A stretch of 42,581 nucleotides of DNA from Trichomonas gallinae (Eukaryota): positions 1-42,581 of the forward strand of contig MRSU01003724.1 in the NCBI GenBank assembly GCA_008369845.1. Reading direction: 5' to 3'. A program made the position numbers and the translations under genes. Positions 8,849-19,748 of the stretch are shown in pieces (positions within the stretch are counted from its first letter, which is position 1; each line of letters begins with the position of its first letter). A model generated the notes under the pieces. That model ran no database searches and was not told the DNA's origin. It saw only the letters and a list, made by a program, of their open reading frames with translations.

Positions 8849-9820
8849 ATGCATTATCTGAACAAGTTAAGAGACTTTCCAGAATACTATGATATGGTTC
8901 TTTCTGCTGAAACATTAGTTGGATCGCAGGATCAGATGAACAAGCACCTTATTAGAGCGTTTGGACAACCACATGAGAATTTTGTTCTTCAAATGCCACA
9001 GAATGTCCAGCAACCATACAAGGATTTGGTTGTCTGCGGCAGAAAACTTACTGACGCTTACACTGCCGAGCAGAGAACAATTGGCCCAATGCCAAAAGAC
9101 ATGTCAATATTCATAGGTCAGCTCCAGGAGCTTAACAAGATCAGGAACAACGCAATGGCACTCGAGGCACAGTACAGAAAGGCCCGCGGCGTTGAGTTGA
9201 AGTTAAAGGAGCAGATGCACGTTGTTAAGCAGAAGAAAGATATGGCTAAGTTCGCTCAGGTTGCCGCAAAGCACAAAGAAGCGAAGGCAAACAGTGAGAA
9301 GGCCAACAATGAATCGCAATTAATGAGAACGGAGTACATTACTAAATCTGACAAATACAGGGTTGAGTTTGCCTCACAGCTCTCAACAGTTCTCATCGCC
9401 TTGTGCGAGGCCAGGAAGAAGACAATCAGTGACCTCAAGAATTACGGCGACGAATTGGTTGCAATCGCTCAAAAGTTTGAATCTGCTGATCCAGAGATCG
9501 ACACATTGAAGGCTGAATGCCCAGAGTTTGGCTTTGAGTATGTTCCAAAGCCAAAGAAGCAGAGGAGGCCAATCAGACCTATTAAGCGCGAAGAGGACGA
9601 TAATCAACAAAAGTATGACGATCCTCTTGGAATCGTTGCCATTGACCCATCAAAAGAAGAACCAAAGAAGGAAGAGCCAGTAGTTGAGGAGAGACCACAG
9701 CAAGAAGAAGAAAAAGTCGAAGAAAAGAAGGAAGAAGAAGTAGCTGAAACAAAGGAAGTTCAAGAAGAGCCAGAGCAAAAGGAAGAAGAAGTTGACTTGG
9801 AAGCTGATCCTTTAGCTTAA
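8849..9820 (+). CDS. Helical coiled-coil protein with acidic tail (possibly BAR-like)
   Basis: About 230 aa of amphipathic helices, then an E/K/P-rich tail; strong codon bias. The BAR assignment is inference. Confidence 0.75.
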   Translation: MHYLNKLRDFPEYYDMVLSAETLVGSQDQMNKHLIRAFGQPHENFVLQMPQNVQQPYKDLVVCGRKLTDAYTAEQRTIGPMPKDMSIFIGQLQELNKIRNNAMALEAQYRKARGVELKLKEQMHVVKQKKDMAKFAQVAAKHKEAKANSEKANNESQLMRTEYITKSDKYRVEFASQLSTVLIALCEARKKTISDLKNYGDELVAIAQKFESADPEIDTLKAECPEFGFEYVPKPKKQRRPIRPIKREEDDNQQKYDDPLGIVAIDPSKEEPKKEEPVVEERPQQEEEKVEEKKEEEVAETKEVQEEPEQKEEEVDLEADPLA

Positions 9821-10264
9821 AACTTTATCAAACAATATTAATAATGCAAAACAATCGTTATTAATAGGCAATGAATGTTTATTAGCACGTTCTGACATGT
9901 AAAAAAATCGAAATATATGTTAAACTCAAATATTTTATAAATTATAAAAAATCTGAGCTTAATTGATTCTCATCGAAAATTATCTATATATCAAAATAGT
10001 GTAAATGATGTTCTAAGTCTTATGAGTTACAGATCAGATTTTGTACCTAAAAATATTGATTTTATATATAAAAATGAATATAATGGTTGATTTGATGGAT
10101 GATAGAATGGTTCTTTTTGCTTGATTTCACTGTTTTTCATTCAAAAAATCAAAAATAAAAATTTAACCTTAAATCAAATTTCTAATCTAAAACAGATTCC
10201 ACACAGTGCAAAAAGCAAATAACAAAAATTTGTAAATTTGTCAAATTGACGAATCACTTTTTTC

Positions 10265-12748
10265 ATGTTTTTCGATTTTCTTTTTTTTGCTGCTTGCAAA
10301 CCAGACTATAATTTCGATGCAGGCGTGCTCACGATAAGTGGAAGCGGCGTTGTATCGAGAGAGGAGTTTGAAAATCTCATTGCTGGCCGAAAATTAACAT
10401 CAATTCAAATTTCTGGCGATATTACAGAGATTTCTGAAGCAGCATTCAAAGATTTGACTGATTTAACAACTGCTACTATAGATTGCAACATAGAAATTCT
10501 TCCGAAATTTCTGTTTTTAAATTGCATTTCCTTGAAAACGTTTAAAGCACCGTCAAAAATAACAGAAATCGGAGTCAATTCGTTCAGAAACTGCACAAGT
10601 CTTACGAAATTCCAGTATCCTGATTCGGTTTCTGTTATTAATATCGGAGCTTTCTTATACTGTGCAAATCTCATCGAAGTTATTAGATATTCTACTGATA
10701 ATCCTAGCACACAAGATTCCTACATTAGTAGCAGCGCGTTTGCTTTTTGCGAAAAATTGCAACATTGTTATTTCCCGTTAAATCTCATCAATGTTTCGAA
10801 GAACGCTTTCCGCAACTGCTACAACCTTAAATCTCATACAATACCATCGACAATCAAATACATCGGAGAACATGCATTCGAAAGCTGCGAAACATTGACT
10901 TTTGTTAATCTTTCCGATATTATTAAGATCAACGCATACGCATTTGCCAATTGTACTGGAATAAAACAAGTCGAAATCGGTGATAATGCGGAATCAATCG
11001 AACAATGGGCTTTTAGGAACTGCTCTAGCTTATCAGACTTCCGTTCGAACATTCCAGCTGGAATTAAGTACATTGGAGAAGGTGCTTTCGCTCACACATC
11101 TTCTCTGAAGTCTTTCACATTCCCGTACTCGTGCTCGTACGTCAATCAGTTCGTTTTGATGCGCTCAGGCATCACAGAAGTTACGATCTTGAGCACAGTC
11201 AAGAAGATTGGCTACAGAGCTTTCTCGCATTGCGAAATGCTCTCTAACGTCGCGTTTGTAGATTTCGGCGAAGGAGGTGTTAGAGAGATTGGCGACTTCG
11301 CGTTCGAATACTGCAGCAATATCATTGTCGTGCGCTTCAATGATTATTTGAATTCTGTTGGTGAAGGAGCTTTCTTGGGCTGCCGCAAATTGGAGACGTT
11401 TTACGTCACTCCAAACATCAACAAGATCTCATCCGCCGTCTTCTCTGAGTGCAACAGCATCCACAACTTCACCGTCAACGAATCTAACCCGAATTTCGCA
11501 CTTGGACCAGACGGAGCCATCTACGACAAGGAGCTTCGCACTCTCGTCGTTTATCCGACTGCTGCACAAGTCTCAGACCCAACATTTCCAAGTTCTATCA
11601 CTGCTTTCGGCGACACTGCATTTAGAGGCTGCACAGAGCTCGACACAGTCAAAGTCCCAGACAGTGTCACGTCTATTGGCAAGGCCTGCTTCGAGAACTC
11701 TTCAATAGAATACTTCACTCTGCCGAGCAGGTTCACTGCGATCCCAGACTATGCGTTTTACTCCTGCAAACTCCTCAAGAAGTTCACCATCGAGTCTGGC
11801 TCCAAGATGACATCAATCGGCGTCAGGGCCTTTATGAAATGCTCTCTGCTGACTGATATTAGTCTGCCAGACACGGTCGAGTCAATCGGAACAGATGGAT
11901 TCAAGCTATGCGAGAGTTTGGAGACAATAAACTTAGGCAAGGTCATCACAATCGAGCAGTCGTCCTTCGAAGGCTGCAGTAAGCTAAAAAGCGCTGACTT
12001 GACATCTCTTAAAGTCCTGAACACGAAAGTCTTCTCAGAGTGCAGCGAGCTGGAGACAGTCGTCTACGGACAGGGAATCAACAAAATCTCCGAATACGCT
12101 TTCTACAGATGCTCTGCGCTAAAAACCGTCGAAATTCCAAACGGCGTCAAAAAGCTCGGCCAGTATTCTTTCGCATTCTGCAGCACAATACAGCATGTTG
12201 ACATCCCTCAGTCTGTCCATGAGGTTGAGTCGAAGGTGTTTTACGGCTGCGACAGGCTGAAAGACGTCAGCTTTTTGGGCGACCTGGAGGAACTCGAAGA
12301 CGGAGTTTTCGGCGGCTGCACGAGTCTCCAGAACATTTCGTTCGCCGGTGAAATAGACCAGGTTTCAGACGAGCTGTTCGAGGGCAACGTCACCAGGCTT
12401 GTTTCAATCACGTATTGCGGCACAAAGAGGCAGGCAGGAACGTTTTTGGACCCAGTGAAGGCGAACAAAAACTTTCACGTGTATGTCGGCGAGTACTACA
12501 CGTGGGATACTTTTGGCGGCGCCGACGTCACAGTCACTTCCACGTGCAAGACGCCAGTGATTCCAACTCCAACGCCAGAGCCTCATAAGAAGTTCAAGCT
12601 GAAGGTTTGGCAGATCGCTCTGATACTGGGATTCGCCGCAGTCCTTCTTGTCGTCGTCTCTGTGATTGTGTCAGTGTCTGTGATGAAGGCGACAGGGTGG
12701 CGCAGGAAGGAGACGCTGACAGAGTCGTTGCTGACACAAACAATATAA
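10265..12748 (+). CDS. BspA-like TpLRR surface protein, single-pass membrane
   Basis: Over 20 repeats of the IgxxAFxxCxxLxxvxiPxsv type; PTPTPEP stalk; TM helix VWQIALILGFAAVLLVVVSVIVSV; tail ETLTESLL; Inr TCACT 10254-10258. Confidence 0.96.
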   Translation: MFFDFLFFAACKPDYNFDAGVLTISGSGVVSREEFENLIAGRKLTSIQISGDITEISEAAFKDLTDLTTATIDCNIEILPKFLFLNCISLKTFKAPSKITEIGVNSFRNCTSLTKFQYPDSVSVINIGAFLYCANLIEVIRYSTDNPSTQDSYISSSAFAFCEKLQHCYFPLNLINVSKNAFRNCYNLKSHTIPSTIKYIGEHAFESCETLTFVNLSDIIKINAYAFANCTGIKQVEIGDNAESIEQWAFRNCSSLSDFRSNIPAGIKYIGEGAFAHTSSLKSFTFPYSCSYVNQFVLMRSGITEVTILSTVKKIGYRAFSHCEMLSNVAFVDFGEGGVREIGDFAFEYCSNIIVVRFNDYLNSVGEGAFLGCRKLETFYVTPNINKISSAVFSECNSIHNFTVNESNPNFALGPDGAIYDKELRTLVVYPTAAQVSDPTFPSSITAFGDTAFRGCTELDTVKVPDSVTSIGKACFENSSIEYFTLPSRFTAIPDYAFYSCKLLKKFTIESGSKMTSIGVRAFMKCSLLTDISLPDTVESIGTDGFKLCESLETINLGKVITIEQSSFEGCSKLKSADLTSLKVLNTKVFSECSELETVVYGQGINKISEYAFYRCSALKTVEIPNGVKKLGQYSFAFCSTIQHVDIPQSVHEVESKVFYGCDRLKDVSFLGDLEELEDGVFGGCTSLQNISFAGEIDQVSDELFEGNVTRLVSITYCGTKRQAGTFLDPVKANKNFHVYVGEYYTWDTFGGADVTVTSTCKTPVIPTPTPEPHKKFKLKVWQIALILGFAAVLLVVVSVIVSVSVMKATGWRRKETLTESLLTQTI

Positions 12749-12778
12749 AGATTTTTTATAATTTTTTATTTTTTGAAA

Positions 12779-14125
12779 ATGGCTGATAATGAAATGTTGT
12801 TTTATTTGTTTGACTGCATCAAGAGCGACAACGTTGGCGAGGTGGACCGCCTGATAAGTGAGAATCTTGATCCAAACTACAGTTTCGAGGAAATTCCACC
12901 TGGAAATTTGTGTTTTGGAATACTTCCGATTCCTTACTTAAATGTTGCGTGCTCGTATGGGTCTATACAGACTGTTGATTGGCTTCTTAGTAATGGATCT
13001 GATCCAGGATTGGTTGATGGAAATGAAAACTCGGCTTTACTTGCAGCTGCCTGCTCAGGAATACCACAAATCGGAATTATGCTGCTTGAACATGGATCTA
13101 CTATTAATGAAACAAATGCAACAGGATTAAATGCCTTACATATTGCCGCTCAATACGGAAAAACCGAATTTTGCAGATTTTTGACGCAAATTGCTGGTCC
13201 AGATGCATACTTAATGGTAAATGCGAAAGAAGAAAACTCACAAACGCCTTTATTTTTTGCCGCATTTAAAAATCATTTAGAAACATGCCAATTCTTACTC
13301 GGATGCGGAGCAAATGCTACAATATCAGACATAGAATCAAATTCACCAATACATGTCGCTATTCAAAATGGTGCAATTTCAATTGCTGAATATTTACTCA
13401 ATAACTCATACTTTCCGATAAACACACCAAATTTAAACAGGAGAACAGTATTATTAGAGGCTGCTCTCACAGGAAATTTCGAATTATTTCAATTGATTGT
13501 CGAAAAGAACGCAAATCCTTTTGTCAAAGATATAGACAACAATGATATTCTAATTCTCGCAGCAATTTCGCGCAATTACTTCATAATCGATTATATTTTA
13601 CAGAAAGGAGGAATCAACGTAAACGCGCACAACAGGTTTGGCTACACAGCTTTACACTATGCAGCTGCATATGGTCCAGCGATTAACGTCAAGAGATTAT
13701 TAGATGCTGGATGCAATGTTAATGCTTCCGCTTTAGGAGGCTGCCCAATACATTTAGCAGTTAAGCACCAGCACTCTGATATAGTTCGACAGCTTATTTC
13801 TCATCAGAATTTCGATTGGACAACAACCGCGCCAGGATTTCTGACTCCATTGCATTTAGCGGCGAGAACACCAAATGCTGAGCTATTGTCTGTCTTGCTG
13901 AATACTAACAACTATGATCCGAACATACCGGATTCTATTGGCTGGTCAGCCTTGCATTACGCGGCGTCGAAGGGCTCCATAACGACAATGAGGCTGCTGA
14001 TCGACGCAGGCGGTAATCCATATAACGCTGATAACATGGGAAGAAATATTTTCGATATTCTGACAGCTCGAGGAGCAAGAAATATAGCTCAATATTTAGC
14101 CGAGAGCGTCCCAACTGCTTTATAA
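12779..14125 (+). CDS. Ankyrin repeat protein (uninterrupted)
   Basis: About 11 repeats, e.g. GLNALHIAA, QTPLFFAA, GYTALHYAA, GWSALHYAA. Confidence 0.95.
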   Translation: MADNEMLFYLFDCIKSDNVGEVDRLISENLDPNYSFEEIPPGNLCFGILPIPYLNVACSYGSIQTVDWLLSNGSDPGLVDGNENSALLAAACSGIPQIGIMLLEHGSTINETNATGLNALHIAAQYGKTEFCRFLTQIAGPDAYLMVNAKEENSQTPLFFAAFKNHLETCQFLLGCGANATISDIESNSPIHVAIQNGAISIAEYLLNNSYFPINTPNLNRRTVLLEAALTGNFELFQLIVEKNANPFVKDIDNNDILILAAISRNYFIIDYILQKGGINVNAHNRFGYTALHYAAAYGPAINVKRLLDAGCNVNASALGGCPIHLAVKHQHSDIVRQLISHQNFDWTTTAPGFLTPLHLAARTPNAELLSVLLNTNNYDPNIPDSIGWSALHYAASKGSITTMRLLIDAGGNPYNADNMGRNIFDILTARGARNIAQYLAESVPTAL

Positions 14126-14212
14126 TAATAAAAAGAATGTTTGTATTTAAAATTTTGCGATTTTTTAAAATTCAGTATAAGCAATCATAAATATCTAGTA
14201 ATTATAATCAAA

Positions 14213-14839
14213 TTACCAGCCGTAGGAAAGTGGCTGCTCAGCCTGAGCCTTGGCAGATTCGGAATCATCTGCTGGCTTGCACATCTTCATGCAAGAAAGG
14301 ATAATACCAGCGATGAGGATGAGTGAGATAACGCCGAGGCAGACGACAACCCAAATGATGTTCTTAACGAATGGATCTTCGATCTTGCTCTTGCAAGTTG
14401 GCTTTTCGGTGATGTTGCTGTTCCATGTGTGGCAGCCAAGTTTCTCTTCAACAGATGCAATGGCAGTGCAAACAGAGGAGTCATTCTTATACTGGCATTC
14501 GTCCCAGTACTTGCCAAACTTATCGAAAACCTTGCTCTTGTAGATGAGGCTAGCGACCATCAAGAAAATGCAGGCAGCAAGGAGAACGCTGAATGTGATT
14601 GTCTGAGAGAAAGAAACACACCTGTTCTTGGCGAATGAAGCATAGAAGTTGAAAATAAGGATGGCGACGACAACAATAACGATAATAATAGTGACAGCAA
14701 TCAAAGCCTTATCTCCACTAATTTCGGTAATCTTGAACTTGATGACGAGGATGAGGGCCCAGATAGAGATGGCGGCTATTGCACCGACAGAGATGAGGGT
14801 GATGATAAGAAGAAGGAACTTAGAGCAGAAATTAACCAT
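14213..14839 (-). CDS. Tetraspanin-like 4-TM protein
   Basis: Three N-terminal TM helices, a Cys-containing large loop (EEKLGCHTW...PTCKSKI), a fourth TM and a short tail; ATG 14839. Confidence 0.8.
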   Translation of the reverse strand: MVNFCSKFLLLIITLISVGAIAAISIWALILVIKFKITEISGDKALIAVTIIIVIVVVAILIFNFYASFAKNRCVSFSQTITFSVLLAACIFLMVASLIYKSKVFDKFGKYWDECQYKNDSSVCTAIASVEEKLGCHTWNSNITEKPTCKSKIEDPFVKNIIWVVVCLGVISLILIAGIILSCMKMCKPADDSESAKAQAEQPLSYGW

Positions 14840-15154
14840 TCTACTAAAATTTATGTCACGTTTCAAAATTTTAAAGGTTTACCATCGGATCTGTTTTCAC
14901 TTTTATCGCTACAAGAAGCATCTTTGCAATAATTGGGGACTTTGATTTACATAAAAGTGACATGACCGATGTCAAATATTCTATCGTTTGTTTTTACAAA
15001 CAAATTGAAAAATAAGCTTCATAATGAAACGATAATAAAACTCGCTGAAAAAGTTTGATAAGACTTTTATCGTAAATCCACATGTTTATGCATAAATATG
15101 CTTTTTAGCTAATGAAAATTGGTTGGAAATTTTGATAATCTCATAGAATTTTTT

Positions 15155-16932
15155 CTATGATGGGATTTTGTTCAAATTTACCCGAGCCTCCTTTAGAAGA
15201 CTGACTAGGAAGCTTTTTTGTGTGCCTGTCAACCTCTCTATTTTGCTGTATTTTTCTTGAAATTCGCCAAATTCGTCAGATATTTCCTTCTTGGCAGTTT
15301 TATCACACCATCTGCTGAGTTTCTCGTTTATCTCGTCGATAACGGAGTCAATTTCACCAATTATGTCGTTATTTTCCGCCATTTGTTCGATTTTTTGCTT
15401 GTATTGCTCTATCTCTTCTTGAGAGTAGTTCAGTTTGAACTCAATATTACTGATAGTATTAGTTTCCTCTTGCACAATTGAAACATACAAAATTGTATCT
15501 GAATCAACTTTGAGCGTGATTCTTAGCTTTTTGACTCCCTTAGGAATATTAGGGATGCTTATTGAATGAAGGAGTATGTTGTTTGAGCAGATGTTATCTT
15601 CACCTTGATAAATTTCCAATTTTAATTCCGATTTGCCTCCAATTATATTAAATTTGAATGTGTTTTCTTGAGGAATTGGGAATCCACTAAGGATGAATGG
15701 CTGAAATACATCATTATCCGTTTTGATTCCGATGCTTATCGGCTGAGTGTCGATGAAAACAGGCACATTTTCAACCGGCATAGCTTGGCGCATTTTGTGG
15801 ATGAGGCACATTCTTATAGCACCCTCTGCGACGACAGTGAATAAATCTCTAGCTTCATAAATTATTTTGTCTGATTCAAAAAATTCGATGAGCTTGACCC
15901 GAACTGCCTCTAGATTAGAGGATCCACCAACTGGAATAACTACATTTAGATCTTCTTTCTTTAAATGAGCCATTTCCAATGCTTTCTCAATTGGATCAAT
16001 GATATCCTCAATAATACTTTCGAATTTCCTTTTTGTAAGTTTAACCTCTAAATTCTCGCCTTGCCAAAACGCTGAAATGGTAATTGTTTCGTTTTTCACA
16101 AATTTAAAGTTTTCTTTGACTCTTCGGCATTCCAACCTTAACTTGCACATATTCATGCGATGATATATTTCATTCTCATTGTATTCATAATTAGAATGCT
16201 TTTGTTTGAAATCATTGATTGCATATTCCATTATTTTAACATCTATGTCAGCTCCTCCAAGCTGTGAATTTCCATATGTAGAAAGAACCTTATAAATGTT
16301 TTCTTTCACATTAATAATTGTTACATCTAAAGTTCCAGCGCCAAAATCGAAAATCATGATGTTTGCTTCATTCATATGACCAGTGTCTTTGAGGAGATCA
16401 TAACATTCAATTGATACTGCTGTGGATTCATTATAAAGCTGAATTAAATCAAGTCCTGCAATTGCTGCAGCCCTTTTGGTAGCTTCACGTTGTATATTGT
16501 TAAAATATGATGGAACTGTTATGATACACTTTGGATTTTTGATTTTTGTCATTTTGTAAAATGCATCTTTGATATGCATAAGTATCATAGCTGAAATTTC
16601 TTCTGGTCTGTATTGTTTATCATCAACACTGATCATTGCATATCCATCTTCGTCTTCAACAAGTTTATATTCACAATTCTTAAATAATCTCTGTACTTTT
16701 GGATCTTTTAGTTTTTCCCGATCAAACGCTTCGTGCTATATATGAATCTGGCTGGATATCGATATTGTTGCGTTAAGAATGCTTCGCCAATAACAATTTC
16801 TTTATTTTCTGTAATAACAACAACTGAAGGAAGTCCAGGGTAGTTATTTGAAAGTGCCATTTTATCACACCTGCCACTTTCTAGGGCAAAATATGCAACT
16901 GTTGATGAAGTTCCAAGATCAATCCCCAACAT
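15155..16932 (-). pseudogene. Divergent Hsp70/DnaK-like gene with one frameshift (pseudogene or sequencing error)
   Basis: MLGIDLGTSST...KRLIGK joins (K)LKDPKVQ...ITVPSYFN...IFDFGAGTLDV...VGGSSNL if one A is added to the A5 run at 16712-16716. Confidence 0.85.
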
Positions 16933-17115
16933 TTTTGCCAACGAATTTAATTATAAGAGATGATGCGTCAAATGGTTTATTTACATGTCAATAGCATCAA
17001 AGAGTCGTATTAACATATTGCCAAATATGACTGAAAGTCTTGCCAATGATATTGTATTATAAGCACATATTTATGGTAATGTATATAAAGAAAATTAAAT
17101 TTTTATTTTTTAAGA

Positions 17116-17307
17116 CTAACTGATTCGACAGTCACTATTGCTGCTGCTGCTGTAGCCAGAGTTGTTGTTATATCTATCTCTTTCTCTCTCTCTTTCCCTC
17201 TCCCTCTCCCTTTCTCTCTGCTCATTTTCTTCGATCTTTCTCTTCTCCGCTTCATACTTGTCCCACTGCTGGGTGCTGTAGTAATAGTTAAGGTCTGATT
17301 GACTCAT
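17116..17307 (-). CDS. Small 63-aa protein with ER dipeptide run and C-terminal CaaX-like CRIS
   Basis: Tandem Inr TCACTTCATT about 10-20 nt upstream of the ATG, T-rich 3' flank, charged helix. Confidence 0.65.
   Translation of the reverse strand: MSQSDLNYYYSTQQWDKYEAEKRKIEENEQRERERERERERERDRYNNNSGYSSSSNSDCRIS
17178..17219. repeat. Imperfect (CT)n/(CTCCCT)n microsatellite encoding (ER)n
   Basis: ctctttctctctctctttccctctccctctccctttctctct. Confidence 0.8.
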
Positions 17308-18062
17308 AGCTTGAAAAATGAAGTGAATATATTCTTGTGAAACAATTCAATGCAGATTTCGGTTAAATAGTCGTATAATTTTTATCGAAACAAAATATAA
17401 TGATGAGCAAACGAATCTAAGAATATGAAAAATTTTTGTCACAATCTTGTTTTGAAACAAATACATTTATCTACTCATGTATGCTTTGCTGAAAAAAAAA
17501 AGCAACATTAAGGCGATTGATTGTTAAATTTACGTTGAAAATGTCAAAAGTACAAAAAGTCGTATAAAATGAATTCCATTCGGTTGCTACATCAGGTATG
17601 CCAGCTATTATATTGTTCATTTATCCGAGAGGAAACTTTAAAACATCATATATGAGATTTTGCAAAATGATGCATTGGAAAAAGTGACGATTTGAATGCA
17701 ATAGAGCTAAGCACAACTTCTGCGTATTAGACATTATTCAATATACCATTTAAATCTTCTTATTTGGATAAATATCAAAGAAAATAGATTAAAATTTGTT
17801 TTAATTATGAGCAATAAGCAACCCTATGGCAGAAAAATATCTATCCCTTTTATAATGTTTTTGATATATGACTATTATAATTATCTAAAATTTTTCTCAA
17901 AAAAGTCAAATTACATTTACATTCATATTTCTATTTTACATGTCAAAAACAACAAAAAAAGTCGTAACAAAATAAAGCGGAGACCATTTTTGGAAGGATA
18001 TATAAAAATTATTAACTTTTAATTTTTTTTTTAAAAAAGTCGTAACAACTATCATTCTCCCT

Positions 18063-19405
18063 ATGGCTGAAATTCCTGCCAAAGATGTGGAAGAAGCGTA
18101 TTCATCTGAATGTACAGAACCAACTTCTTCAGTTAGTGTATCAAGAAGCACGCCAGAATCAAATTTTAAGCTCATAGATGGAAGTGTTTTAAATCAATTA
18201 TTATGTTTTTCGAATCCAACAACTTAGATGTTGATGATGCAATCCAACTTTTACAAGCGTGTGTTGAAACAAAATCCCTATTAACAGCTGAAATATTTTT
18301 TAATTTACAAATTAAAAATGGAAAAAGAATTCAAAACCTTGAACAGCTCAATTCTAACTCGCCATATGCTATTGCAGAAGATTTATGGGCTCCATTTAGG
18401 AGTCTTTTGATAGAAAACGAGATAACTTTCATAAAAGAGAAAAAACGCTCTGAAGAAGAAGTTATTCGAATCTTAGACCACTTTGATCTCTCAGTTGCTG
18501 AAGCAGATAAATTTCTGCGCAGTTGCGTTCTAGTAAATAGAGATCTCGCTCTAAAAGCATACAGTAGATTGCTCGTCAATTTCTACAACAAAATGAATAA
18601 CATCGAAGTTTTTATTTCGCAATCACAGCTTATTCTGAAGTCAACTATTTTGAAGCACATATGTGATTTCGTTCACAGCATAAAGGAGAAAACTATCGAT
18701 TATGGCATTGGCCAGCTGACTTATCATTGGTTTTGATATCACATTGTATTCAGTCACTGGAGGGAAGCGTGCTAGTGCACTATGGAATACTAATGATGTT
18801 CATTATATTCGGTCTTATGATCGGCACGTTGACTTTTCAACCAAGTCTTTTACTAGGAGTAATCATTCCAGTGATTCAGATGTGTCACTTATGGGAGTGA
18901 TAACCATAAGTGGATATATAGGTTAGATTATGAGTTTTATATGGGAGCAGGAATTCATTTGTATTTAGTTTTTAAAGGCATATTAGGTCAACTTATTTTA
19001 TTTCAATTCCCTTTTGATTTAATTAATTCTGGTTTAATGTTTGTTGGCTTTGCATTGTATGCGATCTTTATGAAGTGTTGCCAAAATTGCTGCCGAGATG
19101 TTCGACTTCCTATGATCATATAATCTTTGATAATTCATTTGATCGGATCATTCAATACACTTCTGAATTTCTATGAATGTTTCCCTCTTGTATTTTTCTC
19201 TCTCGGATTCTTTACAATTCAATTTCAAGTTTTCCCCATTGATGATGATGAATAAGTAGATCCGTCTTTATTTTGGTTTCTATTTTGGCTGATAGAAGGA
19301 ATTGGTGCTGAGGTATCCCACACCACTTCATATATGACATGGTCAATTATAAGTATACTTATGGCAATGCTTGCTATACCTTATCTGGCTCTCATATATT
19401 ATTAA
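18063..19405 (+). pseudogene. Decayed paralog of the downstream helical-domain/MFS-like gene
   Basis: Inr TCATT plus ATG 18063, then frameshifts and stops. EVIRILDHFDLSVAEADKFL matches DIIRILENSHLPFTEARSLL, and LLGVIIPVIQMCHL-GV matches VLSVLIPTSLCHIGV of the 19749 gene. Confidence 0.7.
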
Positions 19406-19490
19406 TAGAAGAAATGCTAATTAAATTACATTTCCACTTTACACCTACCATTCTTCAGTAATGCTAATAATACGTTATTCGTCTTCCAAG

Positions 19491-19557
19491 TATAAAGACG
19501 TATCATGCCAAAAATGTTTATTAGGAAGGATAGATTGTTTTGGCATGATACTTTATA
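19491..19557. repeat. Intergenic inverted repeat/hairpin
   Basis: GTATCATGCCAAAA (19500-19513) is the perfect reverse complement of TTTTGGCATGATAC (19538-19551); the stem extends by TATAAA/TTTATA across a 3-nt bulge. Confidence 0.85.
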
Positions 19558-19748
19558 TAATACAATGAACTAATAAGAGTATATTAATATACTGATTAAA
19601 CGCTCCTCAACTTTTTTTCAAACATTTTTTTTTTAAATTCTAGTGAATAGCCTTTTATTATCTCCTGTATGAAATTTGGCCTTTAAAAAAGAATTTCAAA
19701 CTACTTACGACTATAATTGTCACTTTTCACGAAAATTTTCAAAAAGTT

